Assembly (NCBI GenBank): GCA_036396915.1
Contig: DASWJX010000283.1
Span: 1 to 53,724 of the forward strand
Reading direction: 5' to 3'
Source: Geopsychrobacteraceae bacterium
GTDB taxonomy: Bacteria; Desulfobacterota; Desulfuromonadia; Desulfuromonadales; Geopsychrobacteraceae
DNA: 53,724 nucleotides
The notes below the pieces were generated by a model, which saw only the letters and a program-made list of their open reading frames with translations, was not told the DNA's origin and did not search any database. The translations under genes and the position numbers were made by a program. Below are positions 1-9,352 of the stretch, in pieces. How positions within the stretch are numbered: the stretch's first letter is position 1; each line of letters begins with the position of its first letter.

Positions 1-80
1 TCGTGAGCAATTCCTTTCCTCCTCTTAGAATGCAGGGCATAAATAAAACCCAATCCTAATCGGAGAAGCGATGCTCAGGG

Positions 81-134
81 TGGTCAATTTTCGGTTAGCA
101 CAACCCCTGTTTGCTGGTCAATTTTAGGTTAGCA
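81..134. repeat. Two 20-bp direct repeats, candidate subterminal transposase-binding sites of a second mobile element whose body lies off the left edge
   Basis: TGGTCAATTTT(C/A)GGTTAGCA occurs at 81-100 and 115-134 (19/20 identical, 34-bp period). Read inward from the junction the outer copy starts 5'-TG. The block abuts the point where the ISL3 transposase frame loses family-like sequence. Confidence 0.55.
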
Positions 135-730
135 TTACTAAGCGTTTTCGCCCGACGCTCGGGGCCGCACCACAGAAGCCTTCTCGCCCCGGCGTTGAGC
201 TGGTAGACCAGGGTCAGATACTTGTGCCCCTTGAAGACCTTGATTTCGTCAACGCCGATCTCTGTGACACCCTCAAGGTTTCTGTGGGCCAAGCCATAAT
301 CGACGACGAACTTGACGGCCCGAAAGACCGTGTCCCAGCTGGTCTCGAAGACGTCGGCAGTCTCTTTCCAGGAAAGCCGTTTGGCCCAGCGAGCCAGGAA
401 GACCTGGTATGAAAAGGTCATCCGCTCCTTGCCATAGGCCCAGGGCAACATCTCCACCTTGACGCCGCAGGTTGGACAGTCGACCCGGCGCGGCGCATAG
501 CGGTAGTAGGACTTGAACGTCCAGACCGGCAGATACTCGAAGAGGCGCTGGGGCTGCCGATCGTACACGCTGCGACGCTTGCCGCACACGGGACAAACCG
601 GCCGGCTGTTGCGGCGCGCCTCGATGTCAATGACCAAGGCTTCCGCCCCGTCAACGAGCGTGACACCGATGGAGCCGTAAACGAACGACTTGAACCGTTC
701 GACCTTATTCAGTAAAGTCTTAATCAGCAT
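95..730 (-). pseudogene. ISL3-family transposase, 3'-truncated remnant (N-terminal zinc-finger/HTH part only)
   Basis: 211-codon ORF with CPVCG...CPTCG zinc-finger spacing and a ...GHKYLTLVYQLNAGARRLLW... segment typical of ISL3 transposases. No DDE catalytic domain follows. Family-like sequence stops near nt 140, and the last 14 codons plus the stop are read out of the 20-bp repeat block. Confidence 0.7.
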
Positions 731-916
731 TGCCTTTCCTCTGGCTGGTTGGGATAGTTTCGGGAAAAAACCATCTTATCCACCCAAGAAGGGCAATGCT
801 CTAATTTTTTCAGCTACCCTCTACCCACAGATTCTGCGGAAGAGGCTTATTCTGAGCGAATTCCCGTTGAAGCTGTCCGCCGAAACGGCGTTGAATCTGA
901 AGCCATCTCCCCCCGA

Positions 917-960
917 AACAAAAAAAGCCGCCGGACAGCGGATTGCTGCCCAGGCGGCTT
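917..960 (-). terminator. Rho-independent terminator (minus strand)
   Basis: The minus-strand reading is AAGCCGCCTGGGCAGC-AATCC-GCTGTCCGGCGGCTT followed by TTTTTTTGTTT. Confidence 0.65.
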
Positions 961-1035
961 GTTATCGTTACGGCTGAAAAAGGCCGATGCTCATCTTCTT
1001 CCCCCTGCAAGATCAATTCAAAAAACAACCCCTCT

Positions 1036-1064
1036 TTAATACTCTTTCGCCCGCGGAGTGTCAA
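1036..1064 (-). promoter_or_regulatory. Sigma70-like promoter of an orphan ~110-nt transcription unit
   Basis: Minus strand has TTGACA (1064-1059), an exact 17-nt spacer and TATTAA (1041-1036). The terminator at 917-960 lies ~80 nt downstream of the predicted start. Confidence 0.4.
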
Positions 1065-1304
1065 CCCCGCCGTCCCGGACAAAAGCCGAGCTGTCCTCCG
1101 CGTCAGACAAATTCGGACAAAATCCATTTTCTTGAAGCCAAAAAGGTTAAGGCCTCTCGGCCGCCCTTGTCCGTGTGGGTCCGTGGCTGATGAAGAGAGA
1201 CTGTTTCCCCGCATCCCCGACAACCCCACTCGGGGATAACGACATCGGGTAGCGTGGTGCATAGGTACAAAACGAGTTGCAACAAAATCCCGGGTTCGCA
1301 AATC

Positions 1305-1346
1305 CAGAAAGTAAAGAGAGCCGCCGGAATCCTCCGACGGCTCTCT
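1305..1346 (-). terminator. Probable guaA terminator
   Basis: Hairpin AGAGAGCCG...CGGCTCTCT (1315-1323 / 1338-1346) sits 40 nt after the guaA stop and is followed on the minus strand by TTTACTTTCT. Confidence 0.45.
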
Positions 1347-1383
1347 GCTTCACTCTTCAACCGGACCGCTGCATCGCCGGCCG

Positions 1384-2940
1384 CTATTCCCACTCGATGG
1401 TCGCCGGCGGTTTGCTGGAGATATCGTAGGTCACGCGGTTGATCCCCTTGACCTCGTTGATGATCCGGTTGCTGATCCGCGCCAGGTCCTCGTAGGGCAT
1501 CGGGTACCAGCCGGCGGTCATGAAATCCCTGGTCTCCACCGCCCGCAGCGCCACCACATATTCGTAGGTGCGGCCGTCGCCCATCACGCCGACGCTCTTG
1601 ACCGGCAGGAACACGGCGAAGGCCTGGCTGATCTTGTGGTAGTGGCCGCTCTGGTAGAGTTCGTCGATATAGATGGCGTCGGCGCGCCGGAGAATTTCGC
1701 AATATTCCTCCTTGACCTCGCCGAGAATCCGCACCCCGAGGCCGGGGCCGGGGAACGGGTGGCGCCAGACCATCTGGTGCGGCAGGCCGAGTTCTTCGCC
1801 GATGGCCCGAACCTCGTCCTTGAACAGTTCGCGCAGCGGTTCCAGCAGTTTCAGCTTCATGTAGTCGGGCAGACCGCCGACATTGTGATGGCTCTTGATG
1901 TTGTGCGCCTTGCCGGTTTTGGCGCCGGCCGATTCGATGACATCGGGATAGATCGTCCCCTGGGCCAGCCATTTGGCGTCTTTGATGCTGTTCGATTCTT
2001 CTTCGAAGATGTCGACGAACAGGTTGCCGATGATCTTGCGCTTTTTCTCGGGATCGGCTTCCCCGGCCAGCCCGTCATAGAAACGCTGCTGGGCGTCGAC
2101 CCGGATCACCTTGACCCCCATGTTGCTGGCGAAGGTCGCCATCACCTGATCGCCTTCGTCGAGGCGGAGCAGGCCGTTATCGACAAACACGCAGTGCAGC
2201 TGATCGCCGATGGCCTTATGGATCAGCGCCGCAGCCACCGAGGAATCGACGCCTCCGGAAAGACCGAGGATGACCTGATCGCTGCCGACCTGCTCGCGAA
2301 TCCGGGCCACGGCATCTTCGATAATCTGTCCCGGCGTCCAGTTGCCGCTGCAGCCGCAAATAGTGCGGACAAAGCTGTTGATGAAGGTCGCACCCTGCGG
2401 GGTGTGATTGACCTCGGGATGAAACTGCACGCCGTAGAGTTTGCGTTCGACATGCTGAATGGCGCAGACCGGCGCATTCTCGCTGCGGGCGACCATCTCG
2501 AACCCCCGCGGCATGATCGAGACGTGATCGCCGTGGCTCATCCAGACCGGGCTCTTCCCGTCGATGAAAAAGCCGTCGAAGAGCGGTCCCGGCTGCCCCG
2601 CGGCCTTGAGATCGGCATGACCGTATTCGCGCTTGCCGGCGGCCACGACTTCGCCGCCGAAGTGGCGGCTCATCAACTGCATGCCGTAGCAGATGCCGAG
2701 CACCGGGATGCCGAGCTCGAACAGCTCCTCGTCGATGGCGGGAGCCCCCTCCTCATAGACCGATTTCGGCCCGCCGGACAGGATGATCCCGGTCGGCGCG
2801 AAGGCTTTGATCTCGTCCAGCGCCATGTCGAACGGGTGCAGTTCGCAGTAGACATGGCATTCCCGGACCCGCCGGGCGATCAGCTGGGTGTACTGGGAGC
2901 CGAAGTCGAGGATCAGGATTTTTTCGCTATGGATGTTCAT
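1384..2940 (-). CDS. guaA: GMP synthase (glutamine-hydrolysing)
   Basis: 518-aa ORF with an N-terminal class-I amidotransferase domain ([27 protein letters not shown]), an ATP-PPase SGGVDSS motif and the conserved C-terminus ...PPATIEWE. Confidence 0.97.
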   Translation of the reverse strand: MNIHSEKILILDFGSQYTQLIARRVRECHVYCELHPFDMALDEIKAFAPTGIILSGGPKSVYEEGAPAIDEELFELGIPVLGICYGMQLMSRHFGGEVVAAGKREYGHADLKAAGQPGPLFDGFFIDGKSPVWMSHGDHVSIMPRGFEMVARSENAPVCAIQHVERKLYGVQFHPEVNHTPQGATFINSFVRTICGCSGNWTPGQIIEDAVARIREQVGSDQVILGLSGGVDSSVAAALIHKAIGDQLHCVFVDNGLLRLDEGDQVMATFASNMGVKVIRVDAQQRFYDGLAGEADPEKKRKIIGNLFVDIFEEESNSIKDAKWLAQGTIYPDVIESAGAKTGKAHNIKSHHNVGGLPDYMKLKLLEPLRELFKDEVRAIGEELGLPHQMVWRHPFPGPGLGVRILGEVKEEYCEILRRADAIYIDELYQSGHYHKISQAFAVFLPVKSVGVMGDGRTYEYVVALRAVETRDFMTAGWYPMPYEDLARISNRIINEVKGINRVTYDISSKPPATIEWE

Positions 2941-3112
2941 TTTTTCTCCGAAAAAATGAAGGTTTCAGGAAGTTCCTTCATTCAGAAATTTCTGTTTGGT
3001 CATTATCAAGGATGAAATCGTGCAGACCGCTTCCACACCTCAAGATCTTCAAACTTCATCCCCCTCCCCCGCTATTGATTATCCTGTAACCTGATTCCTG
3101 ATTCCTGAAACC

Positions 3113-4661
<1,549 letters not shown>

Positions 4662-4671
4662 GCGGCAATAA

Positions 4672-4705
4672 GCAAAAAGAACCCCGGCGGAGCGGCGGCC
4701 GCCGG
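4672..4705 (-). terminator. Probable prfB terminator
   Basis: Minus strand reads CCGGCGG-ccgccgct-CCGCCGG followed by GGTTCTTTTT, 14 nt after the prfB stop. Confidence 0.5.
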
Positions 4706-4718
4706 AGCTCTTTTCCGG

Positions 4719-5814
4719 CTATTTTCCGCTCAGCAGAAAAGCTTCGATAAAGCCGTCCAGATCGCCGTCGAGCACGGCGTCGGTGTTGCCGACCTCATGC
4801 CCGGTGCGATGGTCCTTGACCATCCGGTACGGATGCAAAACATAGGAGCGGATCTGGCTGCCCCAGGATATTTCTTTTTTATCCTCGGAGAAGCTGGCCG
4901 CCTCTTCTTCTTTCTTGCGCATCTCCAGCTCGTAGAGACGCGCCTTCAGCTGCTTGAGAGCGGTGGCCCGGTTCTTGTGCTGGGAACGTTCGTTCTGACA
5001 GGCGACGACAATCCCGGTCGGGACATGGGTGATGCGGATCGCCGAATCGGTCTTGTTGATATGCTGCCCGCCGGCGCCGCTGGCCCGGAAGGTATCGACC
5101 TTGAGGTCCTTCTCCTCGATTGCGACTTCCACCGAATCGTCCAGTTCCGGAAAAACGAACACCGAGCAGAACGAGGTATGCCGCCGGGCGTTGGAATCGT
5201 AGGGGGAGATCCGCACCAGCCGGTGAATGCCGACTTCGGCCCTCAGGTAGCCGTAGGCATAATCGCCGGTGACCGCGATGGTGGCGCTTTTGATCCCCGC
5301 CTCGTCAGCCGGTTGATATTCGGTCAGTTCGGTCTTGAAGCCCTTGCGCTCGCAGTAGCGCAGATACATGCGCAGCACGATATCGGCCCAGTCCTGCGCC
5401 TCGGTGCCGCCGGCGCCGGCGTTGATGCTGAGCAGGGCATTGTTGGCATCGTGCTCGCCGGAGAGCATCCGGGCGAATTCCATCCGCGCCACCTGTTGCT
5501 CCAGTCCGGGCAGCAGCGCCTCGACCTCGTCCAGGGCATCCTGATCCGCGGTCTCTTCGCCCAGCTCGATCAGAACCTGAAGGTCGTCCAGTTGGCGAAA
5601 AGCGTCTTCCCAGCCCTCAACGATCTTCTGCAGACCGGTCCGCTCCTTGAGCAGTTCCTGGGCCTGTTCGCCCCGCTCCCAGAATTCGGGCCGGGCAATT
5701 TCTGCTTCCAGCTCGGCGACACGTTCCTTCTTGGCAGGAACGTCAAAGATACCCCCGTAATTCTTGCAGGGCCTTCTCCAGTACGCCGACAGCTTCTTTC
5801 GGTTCGCGGAACAT
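4719..5814 (-). CDS. prfB: Peptide chain release factor 2, expressed through a programmed +1 ribosomal frameshift
   Basis: Frame 0 (5814-5743) encodes MFREPKEAVGVLEKALQELRGYL then TGA, within the motif AGGGGGTATCTTTGAC. The +1 frame continues DVPAKKERV... through the GGQ motif (RASGAGGQHINKTDSA) to the stop at 4719. Confidence 0.95.
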
Positions 5815-6108
5815 CGCAATCTCCCGTGCTCTGTATATGCACGCCCCGCCTTCAGGGCCGAAACGGCAGACAGGCGGGGCGCATCTGTTCAAACTCAATA
5901 ATCGGCAGCCGACAGCTGCCACAAACAAACATGAATCATACAGGAAAGACGGCCTGCAGAAAAGAGCAAAGCCGCCATGAAACGATTTCAGCGCCCGTTA
6001 TCGGCCGGTTCGGCCTCGCGAAGAGGACCCGCCCCGGGATGACATCACGGCCGCTTTGCCGTGCTTGCGACCGCCGGCGGCTCGCCTGCGCCGATTGCCC
6101 GCGGTTCG

Positions 6109-6537
6109 TTATTTTCCGGTACAGTCGGAGCAGATACCGAAAAGTTCAAGGCGGTGATTTTCTATGACAAAACCATGCCGGCGGGCGACTTCGTTCTGCA
6201 ACTGTTCGATCTGGGGATTTTCGAATTCGACGATCAGACCGCAACGGCTGCAGATCAGGTGGTCGTGATGCTGCTCGCCGAGCATCAGTTCGAAACGGCC
6301 CTGCCCGTCACCGAAATTCCGTTCGGCGGCAATGCCGCATTCGGCGAACAGCTTGAGGGTCCGATGGACCGTGGCATAGCCGATGTTCGGATATTTACTG
6401 CGCACCTTCAGGTAGAGCTCTTCAGTGGACAGATGCGAGGCCTGCTCAAGAAATTCCTGCAGGATGATCATCCGCTGGTTGGTATTTTTCAGCCCTTTTT
6501 GCGCCAGGTAATCGGTGAAAACTTTCCGAAAATCCAT
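6109..6537 (-). CDS. fur: Fur-family metal-responsive transcriptional regulator
   Basis: 142 aa with a winged-helix N-terminus (TNQRMIILQEF..., ATVHRTLKLF), an HHDHLIC metal site and paired CxxC motifs (CSRCG ... CSDC). Confidence 0.85.
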   Translation of the reverse strand: MDFRKVFTDYLAQKGLKNTNQRMIILQEFLEQASHLSTEELYLKVRSKYPNIGYATVHRTLKLFAECGIAAERNFGDGQGRFELMLGEQHHDHLICSRCGLIVEFENPQIEQLQNEVARRHGFVIENHRLELFGICSDCTGK

Positions 6538-6566
6538 GGTAGCCCCTTATCAGACAGCATCAACAA

Positions 6567-6609
6567 TGAAAACGATTTTCAATATACCCATGTCCGGCAA
6601 AACGGTCAA
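6567..6609 (-). promoter_or_regulatory. fur promoter with an overlapping Fur-box-like palindrome
   Basis: Minus strand has TTGACC (6609-6604), a 17-nt spacer and TATATT (6586-6581). The perfect palindrome TGAAAA-nnn-TTTTCA at 6567-6581 abuts the -10. Confidence 0.45.
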
Positions 6610-6711
6610 GAAAGAATCAACAGAATGAACCATCGCGTCGTCCGGTGACGGCAATTCTCCGCTGTACAAAAAAAGGAGCCAGCGAAACATCGCTAACCCC
6701 TTGATTTCACT

Positions 6712-6786
6712 TGGTGGGCGTTCGGGGGATCGAACCCCGGACCACTGCCGTGTGAAGGCAGTGCTCTCCCGCTGAGCTAAACGCCC
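6712..6786 (-). tRNA. tRNA-Val (anticodon CAC)
   Basis: 75 nt: GGGCGTT-TA-GCTCAGCGGGAGAGC-A-CTGCC-TTCACAC-GGCAG-TGGTC-CGGGGTTCGATCCCCCG-AACGCCC-A-CCA. It folds as a full cloverleaf with an encoded CCA. Confidence 0.93.
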
Positions 6787-6799
6787 GAATCGGTCATTT

Positions 6800-6828
6800 C
6801 TTATAGCAACATCAGGGCAGCCTGTCAA
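6800..6828 (-). promoter_or_regulatory. Promoter for tRNA-Val(CAC)
   Basis: Minus strand has TTGACA (6828-6823), a 17-nt spacer and TATAAG (6805-6800). The tRNA 5' end is 13 nt downstream. Confidence 0.5.
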
Positions 6829-6923
6829 AGATAAATTGCCACGGGCGCCGCAACCAACGAGACCGGACCGACCGGTCCGGTCGTAGCGCCGACTCTGCTC
6901 CGCAGCTGCCTGAGCTTGACTGT

Positions 6924-7367
6924 TCAACCGGCCGACGGTGCTGTTGCAGGCGGCGAATCAAGGACAAAGACTTTGGCCGTGGCCTCTGCGTGGACCGTCC
7001 CGTCAACTTCGATCCGCGCCCCGGCCTGCCAGATGCGCTTGCGTTGCTCCAGCAGCTCGCCGACAACGGTGATCTCGGTCCCGGCGGTGACCGGCTTGCG
7101 GAACGTGACATTCAGTTCGGCGGTGACGAATTTCTCCCCTGCACAGCGGCAGGCGTAGATACAGGCTTCATCGAGCAATGCAGAGAGGATGCCGCCGTGG
7201 ATGACGTTCGCCCAGCCCTGGAATCCGCAGGGGATGCTGATCCGGCAACGGCTCTTGCGCCGCTCTTTATCGATCTCAAAAACAGCCTTCAGGCCGTGCT
7301 CATTCAGCTGACCGCAGACAAAGCAGTGCCCGTCCGCTTCGACCCCTGTCAGCTGGCGATCCGTCAT
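6924..7367 (-). CDS. Hotdog-fold acyl-CoA thioesterase (PaaI/4HBT-like)
   Basis: 147 aa with N-terminal CFVCG and the NVIHGGILSALLDEA motif characteristic of PaaI-type thioesterases. Confidence 0.7.
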   Translation of the reverse strand: MTDRQLTGVEADGHCFVCGQLNEHGLKAVFEIDKERRKSRCRISIPCGFQGWANVIHGGILSALLDEACIYACRCAGEKFVTAELNVTFRKPVTAGTEITVVGELLEQRKRIWQAGARIEVDGTVHAEATAKVFVLDSPPATAPSAG

Positions 7368-7399
7368 TGCATCATCCTTGTGGCGATGTTCCTGGCTGT

Positions 7400-7430
7400 A
7401 AAAACCGAAAGCCCGCGTCGGAACGCGGGC
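7400..7430 (-). terminator. Terminator after tRNA-Arg
   Basis: Minus strand reads GCCCGCG-ttccga-CGCGGGC followed by TTTCGGTTTTT, 5 nt after the tRNA 3' end. Confidence 0.6.
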
Positions 7431-7435
7431 CGTAA

Positions 7436-7512
<77 letters not shown>

Positions 7513-7587
7513 GTGGCTAGGGGTTATACCGTACCCCCCGGTTTTTTTCAAGCAAAAGACCCGCCTCGCAGCGGGTCCTGGTTATCG

Positions 7588-8103
7588 CTAAAACTTGAGC
7601 AAACTGTAGACCTTCCCTTCGGGAAGCTTTTCCCGTCCCTTGAGAAATTCCAGTTCCGCCATAAACGCGCACTCGTGGATTTCGGCGCCGAAGTTCTCAA
7701 CCAGCTCGACGACGGCGGCCATCGTCCCGCCGGTCGCCAGCAGGTCGTCGGCGACGATGACCCGGTCACCGGGCTTGAAGGCATCTTCGTGGATTTCCAG
7801 GCTGTCGCTCCCGTATTCAAGCTCATAACTGATGCTGCGGGTTTTATAGGGCAGCTTGCCGGGTTTGCGCACCAGGGTGATGCCGGTGCCCAGTTTGTAG
7901 GCCAGCGCCGAGCCCAGAATGAAGCCGCGGGCTTCGATCCCGACGATCTGATCGATCTTTTCACCGAGATAACGATGTGCCAGCAGATCGATCATGCGAT
8001 GAAACGACTTGGCGTCGGCAAGCAGAGTCGTTATGTCCTTGAAAACAATGCCCTGCTTCGGAAAGTCCGGGATATCGCGAATAAAGCCTTTGAGTTCATC
8101 CAT
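7588..8103 (-). CDS. apt: Adenine phosphoribosyltransferase
   Basis: 171 aa with the [19 protein letters not shown]-terminus and the PRPP-binding loop [13 protein letters not shown]. Confidence 0.95.
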   Translation of the reverse strand: MDELKGFIRDIPDFPKQGIVFKDITTLLADAKSFHRMIDLLAHRYLGEKIDQIVGIEARGFILGSALAYKLGTGITLVRKPGKLPYKTRSISYELEYGSDSLEIHEDAFKPGDRVIVADDLLATGGTMAAVVELVENFGAEIHECAFMAELEFLKGREKLPEGKVYSLLKF

Positions 8104-8126
8104 GTTCTGCTCCCTGTATGTAGTGG

Positions 8127-8294
8127 CTAGGAGGGTGTCGGACTATACATGAACCGGCTGCAAATTCGGCTGCTTGGCCCATATTCCAGCTCCTTTTCGG
8201 CCCATAGCTATGGCTATGAGCTCTCAAACGAGCTAAAATCTGGTCTCAAGCTTCCAAATTTTCGCTTCGGTCCGTAAGTCCGACACCCTCCTAG
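8127..8294. mobile_element. MITE-like 168-bp element with 18-bp perfect terminal inverted repeats flanked by CTAG
   Basis: CTAGGAGGGTGTCGGACT at 8127-8144 is the exact reverse complement of 8277-8294. The interior is an imperfect palindrome. Read as TIR GAGGGTGTCGGACT with a CTAG duplication, the right-hand CTAG supplies the rpoS TAG stop (8291-8293). Confidence 0.5.
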
Positions 8295-9286
8295 TCGGTC
8301 TCTTCGCCAAAACCCTGGGCGATGGTCTCTTCCTGAATCCGTCGTAATTTGGCCAGACTTTTCGCCTCGATCTGCCGGATCCGCTCGCGGGTCACGCCGA
8401 ATTTCCGGCCGATGGTGTCAAGGGTCTGCGGCTCCCGGTCATCCAGCCCGAAGCGCAGCACCAGAATTTCCCGTTCACTTTCCGACAGGCCGTCCAGCCA
8501 CGCCGTTACATGGGCATAACGATCAAGGTCCTCGATCAGGGCACTGGGATCGGCGATGTTCTTGTCTTCGATGGTGTCGATCAGACTGTAATCGCTGTTG
8601 TCGCCCATCGGATGCTCGATGGAATAGGTCTTTTTCAACAGGATCGACATCCGGCTGACATAAGCGGGCTCGACCCCCATCGCTTCGGCAATCTCTTCCG
8701 TGGTCGGCTCCCGCTTCAGCCGCTGCAGCAGTTCGCGACTGATCTTGACCAGTTTATTGATGTCGTCCGCAACATGGACCGGCAGGCGGATGGTCCGGCT
8801 CTGATTGACCAGTGCCCTTTCGATCGATTGCCGGACCCACCAGGTGGCGTAGGTCGAAAACCGGCAGCCCTTGCTGACCTTGAAACGTTCGACCGCCTTG
8901 ATCAGGCCCATATTCCCTTCCTCGATGAGATCAAGAAACGGCAGGCCCCGGTTCATGTAGCGCTTGGAGATTTTCACCACCAGCCGCAGATTCGATTCGA
9001 TCATCCGATCACGGGCGGCCATATCGCCCTGAGCGATCTTTTCCGCCAGTTCCCGTTCTTCGGCAGCGGTCAGCAGCGTGCTTTTCTGGATCTCCTTCAG
9101 GTAGAGTTTGATTGCGTCGGCAGTGTGACCCTCTTCGTCAGCAGCCGGCTTGGCTTTTCCCGGACGCTTCTTCGCCGCCGTGGCAACGGACAGATCGATC
9201 TCGCTGAAGCCGTCCATCTCTTCGCCTGTTTCAAGCTCTCCGTCCTGAGAACGTGTTTTTTCAAAATCGGAAAACAGATCGTCCAT
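8291..9286 (-). CDS. rpoS: Group-2 sigma-70 family RNA polymerase sigma factor, RpoS-like
   Basis: 331 aa with region 2 ([17 protein letters not shown]), region 3 and region 4 ([20 protein letters not shown]). It lies immediately downstream of nlpD, as in the canonical surE-pcm-nlpD-rpoS arrangement. Confidence 0.85.
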   Translation of the reverse strand: MDDLFSDFEKTRSQDGELETGEEMDGFSEIDLSVATAAKKRPGKAKPAADEEGHTADAIKLYLKEIQKSTLLTAAEERELAEKIAQGDMAARDRMIESNLRLVVKISKRYMNRGLPFLDLIEEGNMGLIKAVERFKVSKGCRFSTYATWWVRQSIERALVNQSRTIRLPVHVADDINKLVKISRELLQRLKREPTTEEIAEAMGVEPAYVSRMSILLKKTYSIEHPMGDNSDYSLIDTIEDKNIADPSALIEDLDRYAHVTAWLDGLSESEREILVLRFGLDDREPQTLDTIGRKFGVTRERIRQIEAKSLAKLRRIQEETIAQGFGEETD

Positions 9287-9352
9287 ACCACCTTCCCTTT
9301 CTCGTCCAAGAAAACCCAGCTCTGTTATCGGCAGTCTAGGGTCGCAAATCCC

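Noticed and set aside
1065-1310. Possible riboswitch or structured ncRNA (cobalamin, c-di-GMP-I, tmRNA or 6S-like), considered because of hairpins and a GGGTTCGCAAATCC T-arm-like string at about 1283-1296.
   Set aside because: None of the conserved cores I know could be located (B12 box, GEMM tetraloop/receptor, tmRNA acceptor/tag frame), and no acceptor stem pairs with the T-arm-like string. It remains unassigned.
810-1353. ORFs 810-1301(-), 943-1239(+), 987-1190(+) and 1147-1353(-) in the guaA-IS gap.
   Set aside because: They have no SD and arbitrary composition, and they overlap mutually. The region is better explained by hairpins, a promoter and a terminator.
3085-3112. Tandem CCTGATT repeats considered as a repeat array.
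   Set aside because: There are only about 3 units of 7 nt with no spacer structure. It is a trivial microsatellite-scale repeat.
7514-8131. Shared 9-10-mer GTGGCTAGG at 7514-7522 and 8123-8131, considered as possible extra MITE ends or empty sites.
   Set aside because: A single 9-mer match is expected by chance in a window of this size (about 0.4 expected), and no adjoining TIR sequence occurs at 7514.
8149-8277. 42-codon plus-strand ORF inside the MITE-like element (MNRLQIRLLGPYSSSFSAHSYGYELSNELKSGLKLPNFRFGP).
   Set aside because: The SD-to-ATG spacing is poor (13 nt), the peptide has no hydrophobic or known-family character, and the palindromic sequence context easily yields open frames. 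I treated it as non-coding.
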